A DNA stretch of 64,000 bases from a virus. This document shows positions 10,103-21,778 of this stretch, in pieces (within the stretch, counting starts at the first letter, position 1; each line of letters opens with the position of its first letter). Both the position numbers and the translations under genes were made by a program. Where the stretch lies: the IMG/VR virus record IMGVR_UViG_3300003629_000001. One strand, given 5' to 3'. Below the pieces are notes generated by a model. That model was not told the origin of the DNA and made no database searches. It saw only the letters and a list, made by a program, of their open reading frames with translations.

Positions 10103-11857
10103 ATGTCCACTTCAAGTTTTGACCTTGACGACTTGACCCCGGATGGGGTAGAGTCGTGGGACGACCTGTTCCCGTTCGACGGCTATCGGGAGAAACAGCG
10201 CCAAACGATGATTGCGGTCATTCAGGCGCTTCACGACCCCAGTATCGACAACGTGGTCGTAGACGCGCCAACGGGTGTGGGTAAGTCGGCTATCAACGTC
10301 GCCGCGTCCCGCTCGTTCGACAGTTCGTTCTATATTACGCCACAGAAGAGCCTTCGAGAGCAACTTCAAGACGACCCGGTGTTGTCGGCGTACTACCGGT
10401 CACTCCGCTCTCGGCGGGACTACACCTGTGGTGAGACGGGACAGGACTGTGATTCGTGCGACATTAACAAGTCCGGCAAGAAGCAGTGTTCGGATTACGA
10501 CGAGTGTACGTACTGGAACGCGAAGATGGACGCCATAGACCATGAGTGTGCTGTCCTGACATTCGCGTATCTCGTTATCGACGGGGCGCTTCCACCTACC
10601 TCGGGTGGCGAGAATCCGAAGCGTATCTCGTTCGCTGACCGAGAACTCCTAATCGTGGACGAGTGCCACGGCCTTGAGAGTCAGGTCGCCAGTCTCTTCG
10701 CTGGGTTCAAAGTGTCGCCGTGGACAGTTCCCCCGGACTGTTACCGGAATATCGCCCACGACCTTGATATGGACAATACCAGTCGTCACGGCGAGGTGTA
10801 CGACATTATGGAAACGTTGTATAACCGGTGTAACGCGTATCGGAACGAACACCGGAACAACGACGACTACGCCGACCAACTCGAAGACGCCAAGAAGTAC
10901 ATGGACAACTTCGAGTGGTTCCAGAAAGAGGTGGACGAGTGGGGCCGTGACTGGGTGGTTGACATGGACAGAACTCGCCACCCGGACAAGAACAAGAAGG
11001 TAAAATCGTTCCAAGTGAAGCCTGTGAAGGTCGATTCCTTTCTGAAGCACAAAGTGTGGCGGCGTGCCGATACCCGGCTTCTCACTACGGCTACTATGCC
11101 GTACCGAGGGAACCCCGACAGTTGGTGTCGTCGTATCGGACTTGACCCCGACCGGACGCACGTTATCAAGGTCGGTATGCCGTTCGACCCCGAGCGCCGT
11201 CCGATTCACCTTGACAGCACTGTCGCCAAAATGTCCGGCGGGGGCGACGACAACAACTGGGAAGGTATCATGACGCGACTGAACGAACTCGCAAAGCGAC
11301 ACTCCGGGGAGAACGGACTAATCCACACGGCGTCGTACAACCGTGCCGAGCGTATCTACAAGGACGCCAAGAGCGGGAAGTACCCTGAACTCAAGAGCAA
11401 CGTACTGTTCCACGACGCTGACGACGACACGGCGGCGTTTATCACGAAGTGGCAAAACAGTCAGCAGAGTATCGTCGTCTCGCCGTCCATGATGGAAGGT
11501 GTGGACTTGGTAGACGATATGTGCCGCTGGCAAGCACTCTTGAAGGTTCCGTACCCGAACATGGGGGACAGCCGGGTAGACTACCTCATGGACGCCAACA
11601 CCGGCTACAACGGCGAGGACTGGCAATGGTACAACGAGAACACCGCCCAGTCGGTGATTCAGTCAGTCGGTCGGGCTGTTCGGTCGAAGGACGACTTTGC
11701 GGACTACTACGTGCTGGACAAGTCGTTCAATAGTATCCGTAACAGCGTGGCGTTCCCCGACTGGTTCGAGGCCGCTATCACCAGCGACCCCGTGCGGAAG
11801 ACCACCAGCGAGAAGTTCGGGACGAAGAAAACCAAGGACGACCCACTGGATTTCTGA
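10103..11857 (+). CDS. DinG/XPD (Rad3)-family SF2 helicase with Fe-S cluster cysteines
   Basis: Q motif YREKQ, Walker A DAPTGVGKS, DECH, EGVD, KVPYP, QSVGRAVR; Cys cluster CGETGQDCDSC...C...C. Confidence 0.92.
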   Translation: MSTSSFDLDDLTPDGVESWDDLFPFDGYREKQRQTMIAVIQALHDPSIDNVVVDAPTGVGKSAINVAASRSFDSSFYITPQKSLREQLQDDPVLSAYYRSLRSRRDYTCGETGQDCDSCDINKSGKKQCSDYDECTYWNAKMDAIDHECAVLTFAYLVIDGALPPTSGGENPKRISFADRELLIVDECHGLESQVASLFAGFKVSPWTVPPDCYRNIAHDLDMDNTSRHGEVYDIMETLYNRCNAYRNEHRNNDDYADQLEDAKKYMDNFEWFQKEVDEWGRDWVVDMDRTRHPDKNKKVKSFQVKPVKVDSFLKHKVWRRADTRLLTTATMPYRGNPDSWCRRIGLDPDRTHVIKVGMPFDPERRPIHLDSTVAKMSGGGDDNNWEGIMTRLNELAKRHSGENGLIHTASYNRAERIYKDAKSGKYPELKSNVLFHDADDDTAAFITKWQNSQQSIVVSPSMMEGVDLVDDMCRWQALLKVPYPNMGDSRVDYLMDANTGYNGEDWQWYNENTAQSVIQSVGRAVRSKDDFADYYVLDKSFNSIRNSVAFPDWFEAAITSDPVRKTTSEKFGTKKTKDDPLDF

Positions 11858-13109
11858 ATGACTGAATACGAGTTCACTGCTGAATCGGTTCTCGAAGGCT
11901 TTGGCGACGACCTATTTTTCGCTGGGTTGCTTGCTGAAGCGGATGTGTCGCCTGAAGAGTTCGCGGCGTATCTGAACGAGGTGTTCGACCAGTCTGACCG
12001 ACAGGCGATAGCGGCTATGTTCCACGACCACGAAATCGACTTGGAAATAGGTGGTCAGGCGGAGATTCGTGAACCCTCGTCGTTCGAGGATTGGAAAGAG
12101 CAAACTGGTTGGGAACCCGAAGGAGAGCTATGAGCGACGAATTGCTCACACTCGAAGATATTCGGGAAGCGGCGGAAGCGCTTGAAACGAACAGCCCGGA
12201 TACCCAGTGGTCGTACTCGTCAGCAGAAATCGAGTTTGAGAGTGGTTCGTCTATCGAATACTATGAAGAGACGCCGGAGATTGAGTATAAGCCACCAGTA
12301 CACGAACGACGGCTCCCCGGAGAGGAACCGAACTACGAACTATTGAACGCGGTTATGCGAAACACCAACCGAAAAGTTCCGCTGTCAATCGGTGGGTGCG
12401 TTCGGATAGAGACATACATGGATTACGACCATTTCCTTCGGCTATGACCAGCACGGAAACAGCCGTCTTGGTCTATCTGTGTGTCATTTCGTATGCTCTC
12501 GGGTATCTTCGAGGGCGAATCTCGGAAGCACTACAATGAAAGAACGACTCATATCAGTCTACGACGCGGCAAGGGACGACGGCGGTGAGCGGATGTGGCC
12601 GTACATCGACTACGCTAATACCCGTATCAGCGCGACAGTGGCGGACGAGTATGTGGTCAAGGTGACTCGCCGGGACTGTCGGCCAGCCGAAAGCGAACGC
12701 TTCGACGTGAGAAACGTGACGACGAACGTCTTCCTTGACCGGGTAGCCCGGTGGCTGGTCACGGGAGAGAAATCGGCGTCTGACGGTTCTTCTGACCCGC
12801 TTGAGTGGTAGTACGGCTACCAAAGACTTATCCCCGGTCGTCCCCAATATGGGAACGAGGAAGGAGAGAAATGGAAGACCTAATGCACGCGTATGACCTT
12901 GCACAGCGCGGCGAGCGGGACACGGGCTGGATTCAGTTCTGTGGCGCTCACCTCGGCGTTGCGTCCGAAGAAAACGGAGAGGTGCGCGTTTGGAACGCCG
13001 AATCCACCGATACCGATAACACGTTCGACACGGAATCACTGACCATGAAGCAGTACATGAACGAGGTAGAGAACTTCGTTCACGACGAGATAGCGCCGAG
13101 GTTGTCGTC

Positions 13110-13547
13110 ATGAAGTTAGACCAGATAGCCCACCACCCCGAAGCACAGGTGGTCACGAAGTTCACGCACGAAGCACTCGAATGTATCGTGCTGAATATGC
13201 GTGACCGCCACTATTGCGGCTACGTCAGGACGCCGTTCGACGGCCACTACGACGAGTTCCAGAGCGCTATCGACATTCACGGTGGGTTGACTTACGGTAT
13301 CGACCCGGACGGTTGGGTCGGCTTCGACACCGCTCATGCGTTCGACGTTCCCTACGACGTGGACGGGAACGCGCTGACGAACAATCCGCTGGCAACCATG
13401 CGAGCGAAGCGCGGCTTTGGTGACGAACACGATATTTCGTGGAAGCCCGCTGACGTGGTGGAAGAGACGAAGTGTCTCGCGGAACAGATAGCCGAACTCG
13501 CTCCGAAGGGAGAGATAGCCGAAGACGCTGAAATCATCGACGGGTAG
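13110..13547 (+). CDS. conserved phage protein (CGYV...HGGLTY...GFDTAH type)
   Basis: Motif set widespread in tailed phages; function unknown. Confidence 0.6.
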   Translation: MKLDQIAHHPEAQVVTKFTHEALECIVLNMRDRHYCGYVRTPFDGHYDEFQSAIDIHGGLTYGIDPDGWVGFDTAHAFDVPYDVDGNALTNNPLATMRAKRGFGDEHDISWKPADVVEETKCLAEQIAELAPKGEIAEDAEIIDG

Positions 13548-13937
13548 TTCAGTATGGCTATGACTCCTGAAGATATAGCGGACTCCGAATACCACTTCGA
13601 CGTTGTTGTTAACGCGAATGGTCGGAGAACATCGACGCTAATCGAAGCGCCGACGGAGCGAGACGCGTATCTCGGTGTCCTACGGTCTGAAGGGCTGTTT
13701 GAGGAACCGACTGAAAGTCGTCACCTCGAAATCCTTCGGAACGACACCCACCTCGAAATCCTCGGTCTGATAGTCTATTCAGACGAGACACGGGAAATCG
13801 ACTACGTGGAAGAGAAGGGAATGTACCGGCGCGGTGGTATCACTGTGAAGGTGCAACGATGATAACCGTAATGGCTACCGGAAACCGAGGGTTTAAGTCA
13901 GTTCATCCCCTATTATGGAATGTAAGAGGCAATTGAA

Positions 13938-14984
13938 ATGAGCGACCTTAACGACTCCTTCGGACTCGGCGGCGAGTCCAGCGAAGGGAACGACGGCGTG
14001 GAACAGAGCGGTTCGAGCGAAGACAGTGCGGCGAAGGCCGCCATGTCGAAAGATGTGTCGAACGCGGACGTGTCGGAACTGGAAATGTCCGTGGGCGACC
14101 CCATTGGCGAGGATTTCAACGGGCTGGAAATCCTACGCGACGTGGGACACCCGATGGTTCCCGACATTGACCACGGCTACGTCAAACGGCCCGTGCGCGG
14201 CGGTATGACGGACGTGGAACTCGCGGCGGAGTTCGTGGCTGACGACGAGTACGCGGCGCTGTTTCAGGGCGAGACGGGGGTCGGCAAAGACTACCTCGTA
14301 GAGTACCTGTGCGCGAAGACCAACCGGCCTATGGTGCGTGTCAACTTCGGTGCTGGCACGACCTACGCTGACCTGATTGGGGACTGGGTTCCCGCCGACG
14401 ACGGCGGCTTCGAGTTCAAGCCCGGTATCCTCTACATGGCGGTCAAGCACGGCTGGGTGTTCGTGGCTGACGAAATCAACGCCGCTGGCCCGGAAGCGAC
14501 CATGCCGCTCCACGGTATCACCGAGTCCGACGGCAAACTCTCGGTTCCCCCGACGAGCGAGGTGCTTGACCCGCACCCCGAGTTCAAAATGGTCGCCACC
14601 ATGAACCCGCCGTCCTACGCGGGGACGAAGCCGCTGAACGACGCGTTCCGCACGCGGTTCTTCGTCATGGACGTGGACTACCTCGAACCCGAGGGCGAGA
14701 AAGCCCTGCTGTTCGAGGCTACCCACTTCGACCCGAACGACTCCCACGACGAACAGGTCGTTGACCGCCTGACCGACTTGGCGGCCAACCTTCGGGACAA
14801 CTACAAGAACATGGACATTGTGACCCCGGTGTCCCACCGTGACACCATGAAGGTCGCAAAGGTGGCCCGGTTCATGGACGCGGAAGACGCGGCGAAGCAG
14901 GTGCTTCAGGGTATGGCCGCCCCCGAAGACAAGAACGCAATCTCAAAAGCGATTGAAACGACCAAATGGCCTTCCGGTCAGTAA
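13938..14984 (+). CDS. MoxR/CbbQ/CobS-type AAA+ ATPase
   Basis: Walker A GETGVGKD, Walker B FVADEINAA, ATMNP, Arg finger AFRTRF. Confidence 0.9.
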   Translation: MSDLNDSFGLGGESSEGNDGVEQSGSSEDSAAKAAMSKDVSNADVSELEMSVGDPIGEDFNGLEILRDVGHPMVPDIDHGYVKRPVRGGMTDVELAAEFVADDEYAALFQGETGVGKDYLVEYLCAKTNRPMVRVNFGAGTTYADLIGDWVPADDGGFEFKPGILYMAVKHGWVFVADEINAAGPEATMPLHGITESDGKLSVPPTSEVLDPHPEFKMVATMNPPSYAGTKPLNDAFRTRFFVMDVDYLEPEGEKALLFEATHFDPNDSHDEQVVDRLTDLAANLRDNYKNMDIVTPVSHRDTMKVAKVARFMDAEDAAKQVLQGMAAPEDKNAISKAIETTKWPSGQ

Positions 14985-15028
14985 GTCGTTTCAGTAAGGC
15001 TTAAGCCGAATAGCCTTGTTATGAGATT

Positions 15029-15637
15029 GTGGATGAATCATTCAAAAACGAGACTGTTTTACGACGTTTGTATCAGCGTGAAGGTAAGACTCAATCAGAG
15101 ATAGCCGAAGAGTATGATTGCTCTGCTGATACAGTGCGATACTGGCTGGATAAGTTCGATATTAAGACTCGAAATTCGCAATACGAGCGACGTGAGTTTT
15201 TCGAGAACGAAGAACAGGAATTGAAGCGGTTGTATTGGGTCGAACAATTGACCGCCGATGAAATCGCTGATAGGGCTAATGTTGACGTGACGGACGTAGG
15301 AATACTGAATCGAATGGAAGAGTATGGGATTGACCGGCGCAATTCGGCGGCTGACCGACCACCAGGAGTTTATATTCATCCTTCAGAGTACCCATACGTT
15401 CGCCACTACGACGGCGAGTCGGAGCATATTGTTTTCACTCACCGGTTGCTGGCTGTCTCGGAGTATGGATTTGAGGCTGTCAAGGGTAACGACGTACACC
15501 ACACGACCGGATTTAAGCAAGATAATCGACCAGAAGCGATTGAAGTAATATCGCATTCAGACCACCAGGGAGAGCATTCGTCCAATCCCGGTGATTCGCC
15601 GTTTATTGTAGACGACTTATCCGACGCCGCTCCGTAG
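15029..15637 (+). CDS. HTH + HNH homing endonuclease
   Basis: Two HTH repeats, then HRLLA...VHH...DNRPE...H...H; lower GC. Confidence 0.8.
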   Translation: MDESFKNETVLRRLYQREGKTQSEIAEEYDCSADTVRYWLDKFDIKTRNSQYERREFFENEEQELKRLYWVEQLTADEIADRANVDVTDVGILNRMEEYGIDRRNSAADRPPGVYIHPSEYPYVRHYDGESEHIVFTHRLLAVSEYGFEAVKGNDVHHTTGFKQDNRPEAIEVISHSDHQGEHSSNPGDSPFIVDDLSDAAP

Positions 15638-15640
15638 TCC

Positions 15641-15705
15641 ATTCCCTATACGGGAAAGACTTAAGTCCGCCCGGACGCTACTATACTGTACGGAGAGGGA
15701 CTGAA
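15641..15705 (+). promoter_or_regulatory. conserved promoter cassette copy
   Basis: ATTCCCTATACGGGAAAGA-CTTAAG...TACTATACTGTACGGAGAGGGACTGAA-ATG(15706). Confidence 0.75.
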
Positions 15706-16098
15706 ATGGAATATATCACAATTCACCACATCGACAGCATGGCCCGAGAACTACACGGCGAACTCCGCTACGGAGAGCAAGACCAGCCTTCGCTGGCCGA
15801 GTTCGAGCGCTACTACCAGCCCGCCGAGACGGTGCTGGGGACGAGCGACCTTGACGAAGCGTTCCACCACGCACAGGGTCACGTCGTGAACGAGGAACAG
15901 CACGGACGACATATGGTTCATTCGTCCATGCCGACCGACGTGTACGAGGTTCACTACGAGAGCGGCGAGGTGGCGTACTTCATGGTACGTCCGATTGGAT
16001 TCGAGCGGATTTCGTGGGGTAACGACGTTCCGCGACCAACCGAATACCTCATGGACAACGTGTGGGTGGATGTGGAAGCGCCCGAGGGGCGACGGTAA
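15706..16098 (+). CDS. hypothetical protein
   Basis: Starts immediately after the promoter cassette. Confidence 0.65.
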   Translation: MEYITIHHIDSMARELHGELRYGEQDQPSLAEFERYYQPAETVLGTSDLDEAFHHAQGHVVNEEQHGRHMVHSSMPTDVYEVHYESGEVAYFMVRPIGFERISWGNDVPRPTEYLMDNVWVDVEAPEGRR

Positions 16099-16770
16099 TG
16101 GCGAAGCCCCGATTCAAGGTCGCTGGCACGCTCGGTGACGTTCACATTGAGACGGACTACGCGTTTCAGACGGCCTACGGTGCGAAGCAGTGGGTAATCG
16201 AACAGGGCGTAGACCCGTACAATATCATCGACGGCCAGCAGTGACCGTTGAAATTCTTCTTTGTCCGCGTGATATGAGAGACGACCACCCCGAGCAACTG
16301 GTGGAGTCGTGCGAGAAATACGGTTGTGACGGGATTCAGGTCTTTCGTAACGTTTCGCCGTACACGACCGACTACGAACGTCGAACGCTGGTCAGCGAGT
16401 GTACGGTGTGTGGTGAGACACGTACTGTCAGCACGAAAGCGAGGTATCTGACGCTCCGGGTTCGGATAACGAGGTGACTCACAGTATGGGTATTGAGATT
16501 CAGTTCTGTATCAAGGAAAACAGTGACCGCCGTGACCGGAGTACAGTTCTCTGTCCCGAGTGTGGCGAGGGCGTGTTGTACTACCCAAGTTTAGACGCGT
16601 CTGATATTTGGGGTAATATGATAACTGTGAAAGTGGGTTGTCGTTGCACAGCCTGTAATGACTACAGCGACTATAACAACACCGCTCCTCGGTATATGAC
16701 GTGGCGTGTGGTCGTCAGGGTGTAGCAAACATTTATAACAGTTCATCCCCAAATAAGAAACGAGATAACA

Positions 16771-17295
16771 GTGTCCAGTGAGAATAATCCTAAACGCGTG
16801 ACCAACTCCTACGACGTGGAAGAGTTACAGCCGCCGACTCCTTCGGTTGACACGGACACCGAAGTACCCAGCGACGACCACACGGGCGAGACGCGTACCG
16901 AGGGGCTGGATAAGATGATGGACGACCTGTCCAGCCTTGATGATACGGAACCGTCTGACGAGCCTGTGAGCGCTTCTGACGACACCGAGTGGTTAGTGCC
17001 GCTTGAAGACGACTCCGAAGACGGAGAGACGGCTGACCTTGAGTACGACCCCGAGTGGATTGCTGTTCAGTTGGCGAAACTGGACATGGCCCGCTTGGCA
17101 CGCCGAGCGCTTGAGGGCCGTATGGATGAAACGGAGATAGAGGAAGTAGCCCTACAGGCTATCTACTCGAACAAGTTCGACGCCAGTGCGGAACTGGACT
17201 TACAGCCCGCCGAACCGGGAAGTGTTGAACTCGTTCCCGCTCCGGTAGACGAGGAAGAGGCGGCTGACCTTCGGGAGCGTCTGACGACGGTATGA
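16771..17295 (+). CDS. acidic hypothetical protein
   Basis: TTTATAA box upstream; acidic composition. Confidence 0.6.
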   Translation: MSSENNPKRVTNSYDVEELQPPTPSVDTDTEVPSDDHTGETRTEGLDKMMDDLSSLDDTEPSDEPVSASDDTEWLVPLEDDSEDGETADLEYDPEWIAVQLAKLDMARLARRALEGRMDETEIEEVALQAIYSNKFDASAELDLQPAEPGSVELVPAPVDEEEAADLRERLTTV

Positions 17296-17637
17296 GTTGG
17301 CCCGACCTACCGGCGAATCTGTCGCTGACAATCGTTCGCCGGTGGGAGTGCGACAAGTGCGGGGACTGGGGGTCAACAAGGAAAACAGGAAATCGCTGTC
17401 ATTGCGATATGGTTCACGAATCGAACAGCCGCCACCTTCAGTTTACTATCAGCAAATGACGTACTCGAAACCCGACCACCTTGACAGGACGGACGTGCTG
17501 TATCGTGTTCATATTACCCCTGATGGATTGAAGTTCGAGAAGCCGTATTACCTTCAGTGTCCTGACTGTGGTGGTCACGTAACGCACTACGGCGGCGGCC
17601 TCTGGATGTGCGGGTCGTGCCAATGGCAATAGTAGTC

Positions 17638-17702
17638 ATTCCAGATATGGGGAAGACTTAAGGCCGCCCGGATACTACTATAGGTACGGAGAGTGTTACA
17701 CA
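17638..17702 (+). promoter_or_regulatory. conserved promoter cassette copy
   Basis: ATTCCAGATATGGGGAAGA-CTTAAG...TACTATAGGTACGGAGAG upstream of GTG 17703. Confidence 0.7.
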
Positions 17703-19718
17703 GTGCAAATTGACGACAAGACGAGCATACAGGACGTGAAGGAACGCCTTGGCGTGGGCCAAGACGAGGAACTACGGGAGAGCGAGAAACGCCGTCGCTA
17801 TCTCGAAAAGTACAGCCGTATCATTACGCCGAAGCGCCCGACGCTTCGCATGAAGGCCAACCACCCGACGGCCAGCGTAAATCAGGAAGACGATGAACCG
17901 GTCATTCACATGACCACGCGGGCGTTCGACCAGCCGATTACCGAGTTCCCGCGCAAAATCTACGACCTGATTATGCAAGAGGCTCTGACGGTTCACGAAG
18001 TGGGCCACATCCTCTACACCGACCACGACTCATTCGTGAGTCAACTCGGGAAGGTGGACGTTGGCCGCAAGAAGATGTTCAAGAAACTCTGGAATATCCT
18101 CGAAGACGGAGCGATTGAACGCCAACTTCGACACCGCTTCCGCGTGGAAGACGAACTCGAAGTGCTGAATCGCAACCTCATGGAAAACGACTCGCCGGGT
18201 CACGCGGTTGACGAAGACACCGAGCGCTATTCGCTGTATCAGGCCGTCACGCTCGGCCTGTGCGACATGGCGCTGTGGCAAACCGGTCAGTTCCAGCGGC
18301 TACTGAACCCGGACGACGACTCGCTCACTATGGCGAGCGAGAAGGACGCCGAACTACTGGACGAAGCGGTTCCGCTCATGAAATCCGTCTCGTCGGACGT
18401 ACTCTCCCAGCCAGTCTCGGAGAAACGTAACGAGCGTATCTACGAGTTCTGGACGGAGTTCAGCGACCTACTGGACGACGCGGACGTGTCCGGTGAGAAC
18501 GAGTCGAATCTGGAAGACCTAATCGGTGACGACGGCTCTGTCGGGGGTGGCCCCGGCGGGGACGAGGAAGAGGGCGACGACGGCGGTGACGCCAGCCCGA
18601 TTGACGGGAAGCCCGACGACACCGAGAACGACCTGACGGGTGAAGCGGCGACCGCTGACGAACTCGGTCGCGGTGACGTTCAGGCCGAGATTGAGGTTCA
18701 GATTGTCGTCGCGTCGGGCGGCGACCCCGAAGACGCGGACATTGACCCGGACGAACTCGGTACGGTCGTCTCGGCGTCAGCCCAGTCCGGCGAGGAAGAC
18801 GGCGAAGACGGTGACGACACGACGCCGGGGCTGGACGCGGACGTGAGCCACCTTGACGACATGGAAGAAGATTTCCGCGACGAACTCGCACAGGAAGCGA
18901 GTGAGTTGGACGGCGGTGAATCCACTATCGAAGAGGTGGAACAGTACATGGACATAATCGGCGGTCAGCAGGGCGGCGATACGTGGCGCGGTCTGACGCT
19001 GGAAATCCCCGAGGAACCGGACAAGGAGTTCGCTCGCTCTCGCTACAATGAGAGCCAGCAGGTCAGCAAGCGGCTGGCGAGCGATTTCCGCAACCGGCTA
19101 CTCCGCGAACAGCGCGACAAGGTGAAGCGTGGTAAGCGCCGTGGTCGCTTCGACCGGTCGCGTATGGTTCACGCCGCTCGGGGTTCGACCCGAGTGTTCA
19201 AGAAGGAAGAGAAGGGCGAAGACAAGGACTACAGTTGCATGGTCGTCGTAGACCGCTCCGGGTCTATGGGCGGCTACGAAATCGAAAACGCCGAAATGGC
19301 TGTCGGGGCGCTCACGGCGGCGCTGGACGAGGTTGGGGTGCGAACGTCGCTCCTTGACCTATACCAGTCCGAAGCACGACTCGTCAAGCCGTTCGGTCAG
19401 GACTTGACCGACGTGAAAGAACACGTCTTCAACGGTCAGGCGGGCGGCGGAACGCCGCTCACCCAAGTCCTGAAACTGGCCCGAGAGCGTCTGTCCGACC
19501 ACGACAACCCGTTCATGATTGTCGTGACGGACGGTCGCCCGGCGAACCAATCGGAGTACCGCGACGTGCTGGACAAGTGTAGTTTCCCCGTTCTCGGGGT
19601 CTACACGGCTGGAAGCCGCGCCGGTGACGGCGACTACTTCCACCGCCAAGTTCAGGTCGGCAACGGTGACGACCTTCAGAGCAAACTTCACAACCTCGCT
19701 AACGAGGTAATGTTCTGA
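17703..19718 (+). CDS. vWA-domain protein (CobT/NorD-like), probable partner of the MoxR ATPase
   Basis: N-terminal HEVGH...NILED, acidic linker, MIDAS VVDRSGSM, GGTP, VVTDG. Confidence 0.88.
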   Translation: MQIDDKTSIQDVKERLGVGQDEELRESEKRRRYLEKYSRIITPKRPTLRMKANHPTASVNQEDDEPVIHMTTRAFDQPITEFPRKIYDLIMQEALTVHEVGHILYTDHDSFVSQLGKVDVGRKKMFKKLWNILEDGAIERQLRHRFRVEDELEVLNRNLMENDSPGHAVDEDTERYSLYQAVTLGLCDMALWQTGQFQRLLNPDDDSLTMASEKDAELLDEAVPLMKSVSSDVLSQPVSEKRNERIYEFWTEFSDLLDDADVSGENESNLEDLIGDDGSVGGGPGGDEEEGDDGGDASPIDGKPDDTENDLTGEAATADELGRGDVQAEIEVQIVVASGGDPEDADIDPDELGTVVSASAQSGEEDGEDGDDTTPGLDADVSHLDDMEEDFRDELAQEASELDGGESTIEEVEQYMDIIGGQQGGDTWRGLTLEIPEEPDKEFARSRYNESQQVSKRLASDFRNRLLREQRDKVKRGKRRGRFDRSRMVHAARGSTRVFKKEEKGEDKDYSCMVVVDRSGSMGGYEIENAEMAVGALTAALDEVGVRTSLLDLYQSEARLVKPFGQDLTDVKEHVFNGQAGGGTPLTQVLKLARERLSDHDNPFMIVVTDGRPANQSEYRDVLDKCSFPVLGVYTAGSRAGDGDYFHRQVQVGNGDDLQSKLHNLANEVMF

Positions 19719-20247
19719 CGGTCGCTTCTTTCTGAAGGGAGCGCGTGGACGAAGATTGAAGCGAAGTTTTATACGATTATAATACCCCTATTAGCATAGA
19801 GAAATGAGCATGGACAGCGATTTCGCGGACGACGGGCTACTGATTAGCGAGAATACGGAAGCAGAGGAAGTGAAAGACTTTCTCCGCCGCCGTATGGACA
19901 ACCCGTACCGCTTCGAGAACGCTGTCGTGTACGATTTCAATTCCCACGAAATCGACGCCGACGCACTCGAAGAAGCCGTAGAAGGCAAACTGACGCACGA
20001 TAAGTACCTGATTCCGTATCAGGTGACGGGGACGTGGGGCTTCATGTACCACCTACTTCCCGAGAGTGTGAAGGCCGCCGAGATTCTGGTCTACCACCCC
20101 GGCGACGAACAGTATTACGCCTATCAGAACTTCCACCCCGAGGTTCCCAGCGAAGTGCAAGACGAGTTCCGTCACCAGTTGTCGCGGCTGGCCGACGAAT
20201 AGGCGATAGAATTATAAATTAAGGGGATTATTATTGACACGGTTAGA

Positions 20248-20940
20248 ATGGCCGATAAGCAAAAAGTCAATGTCGTCGTAGACAGCCGGGAACCGCTGGA
20301 TACGATAATCCCCGTCCTGACACAGCACGACGAAGTGGAAGAGTTTACCGTGGAACAACTTCCCACGGGCGACCTTGTAATCGAAGGCGTCGTCTTCGAG
20401 CGGAAGACCCCCAGTGATTACGCGTCGTCTATCACTGACGAAGACGACCACCTCAAGGGTCAGGTCGAACGCATGGCGGACGCCTACGACCACGCTTACG
20501 TGCTTCTCGAAGGCGACATGAGTGAGTTCGAGGAACTGTCTCACACCCGGATGAACGCCAACTCGCTCCGTGGCTTCGCCGCGTCACTCACCGCTCGCAA
20601 CGGTGTCCCGGTGATTCCCTGTTCCGATACCGAGAACCTAATCGACTACGCGATTCGTCAGGCCCGGAAGCACATCGAAGAGCCAAGCGACAGCGGGCTT
20701 CAGGTCAAGTCGTCGGCGGACTCGTCCGCTCCGGTCGTGGAACGAATGTACGGCTGTATAGACGGCGTGGGCGCGGACACAGCGTCGTCCCTACACCTTC
20801 AGTATCCCTCGCTTCAGGACGCACTCGAAGCGACTGTGGACGACCTGACGGTCATTGACGGCGTAGGAGAGAAGACGGCACAGACAATCTACGACTCGCT
20901 TCACGATAGCGAGGTGTCAGTCACGGAAACAACGATATGA
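20248..20940 (+). CDS. ERCC4/XPF-type nuclease with HhH motifs
   Basis: VDSRE, GD...ERKT...D, LLEG; C-terminal IDGVG twice. Confidence 0.9.
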   Translation: MADKQKVNVVVDSREPLDTIIPVLTQHDEVEEFTVEQLPTGDLVIEGVVFERKTPSDYASSITDEDDHLKGQVERMADAYDHAYVLLEGDMSEFEELSHTRMNANSLRGFAASLTARNGVPVIPCSDTENLIDYAIRQARKHIEEPSDSGLQVKSSADSSAPVVERMYGCIDGVGADTASSLHLQYPSLQDALEATVDDLTVIDGVGEKTAQTIYDSLHDSEVSVTETTI

Positions 20941-21605
20941 GAGGCCCAGCGTTCACTCTCCGATGTTGGCTCTTCGGCCATTCTCCGACCGAGCGTATGC
21001 GACACGGGTTCTGTAACGACTCGGATACGGAGTACACGTTCTGTGAGCGGTGTACGGCGCTGTTCAAAGAAGTAGACGACGAGTGGGTGCGAGCATGACT
21101 GTCGTCACCGAGAAAACCGCCGAGACGGAGAAGGTTGAACGAGAGGTGACAGAGACGGATTTCGAGACAGTCGAAACTACCGTCCAGAAAATCAAGTGCG
21201 ACTGTTGCGGTCAGAAGTGGGCTGAAGACGATGATATGGACATGAAGGAAATCGTCGTTGACCCTACTGCTGAAGCGGTAGTCGAAGAACGAATCGACAG
21301 TAATCGAAACGCGCACCAAACGAAGCAGGAATCTCTCGAAGAGCAACTGTACGAGTACGTCAAAGGCTTCGAGATTGAGGTTCCGAACCCGGAACACAAC
21401 GCTTCGGATATGCTTCACCGCAACGAGCGGACGGAGAAGAGTGTCTACGGAACGATTGTCGAAGCCCGCCAGTACCGAGAAGATTCAATGGACATGGGCT
21501 TCGGTAGCGTAGACCGCTATCACCGCTCAATGGGATTCCATCTTGAAATCCCGATTCAAGGAACAGAGAAGCATATGTGCGAGAACTGCTACGAGGGAGT
21601 CTTCC

Positions 21606-21761
21606 ATGCCTGAATGCCAAGGTTGCGGAAATCACGTCAGTCAGAACTTCGTCCGCGTCTTCGGCGTGGACGGAGAGGTACAGGGTTGTCAAGAGTGCGA
21701 AGGACAAAATGAAGGAAGGGCGTTCGCGGGGTTGAAGGAAGTGAAGGATATAAGGCACTGA
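21606..21761 (+). CDS. small haloarchaeal zinc-finger protein
   Basis: MPECQGCGNHVS...FVRVFG...GCQEC. Confidence 0.65.
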   Translation: MPECQGCGNHVSQNFVRVFGVDGEVQGCQECEGQNEGRAFAGLKEVKDIRH

Positions 21762-21778
21762 TAGCCCTACTGTGAGGT

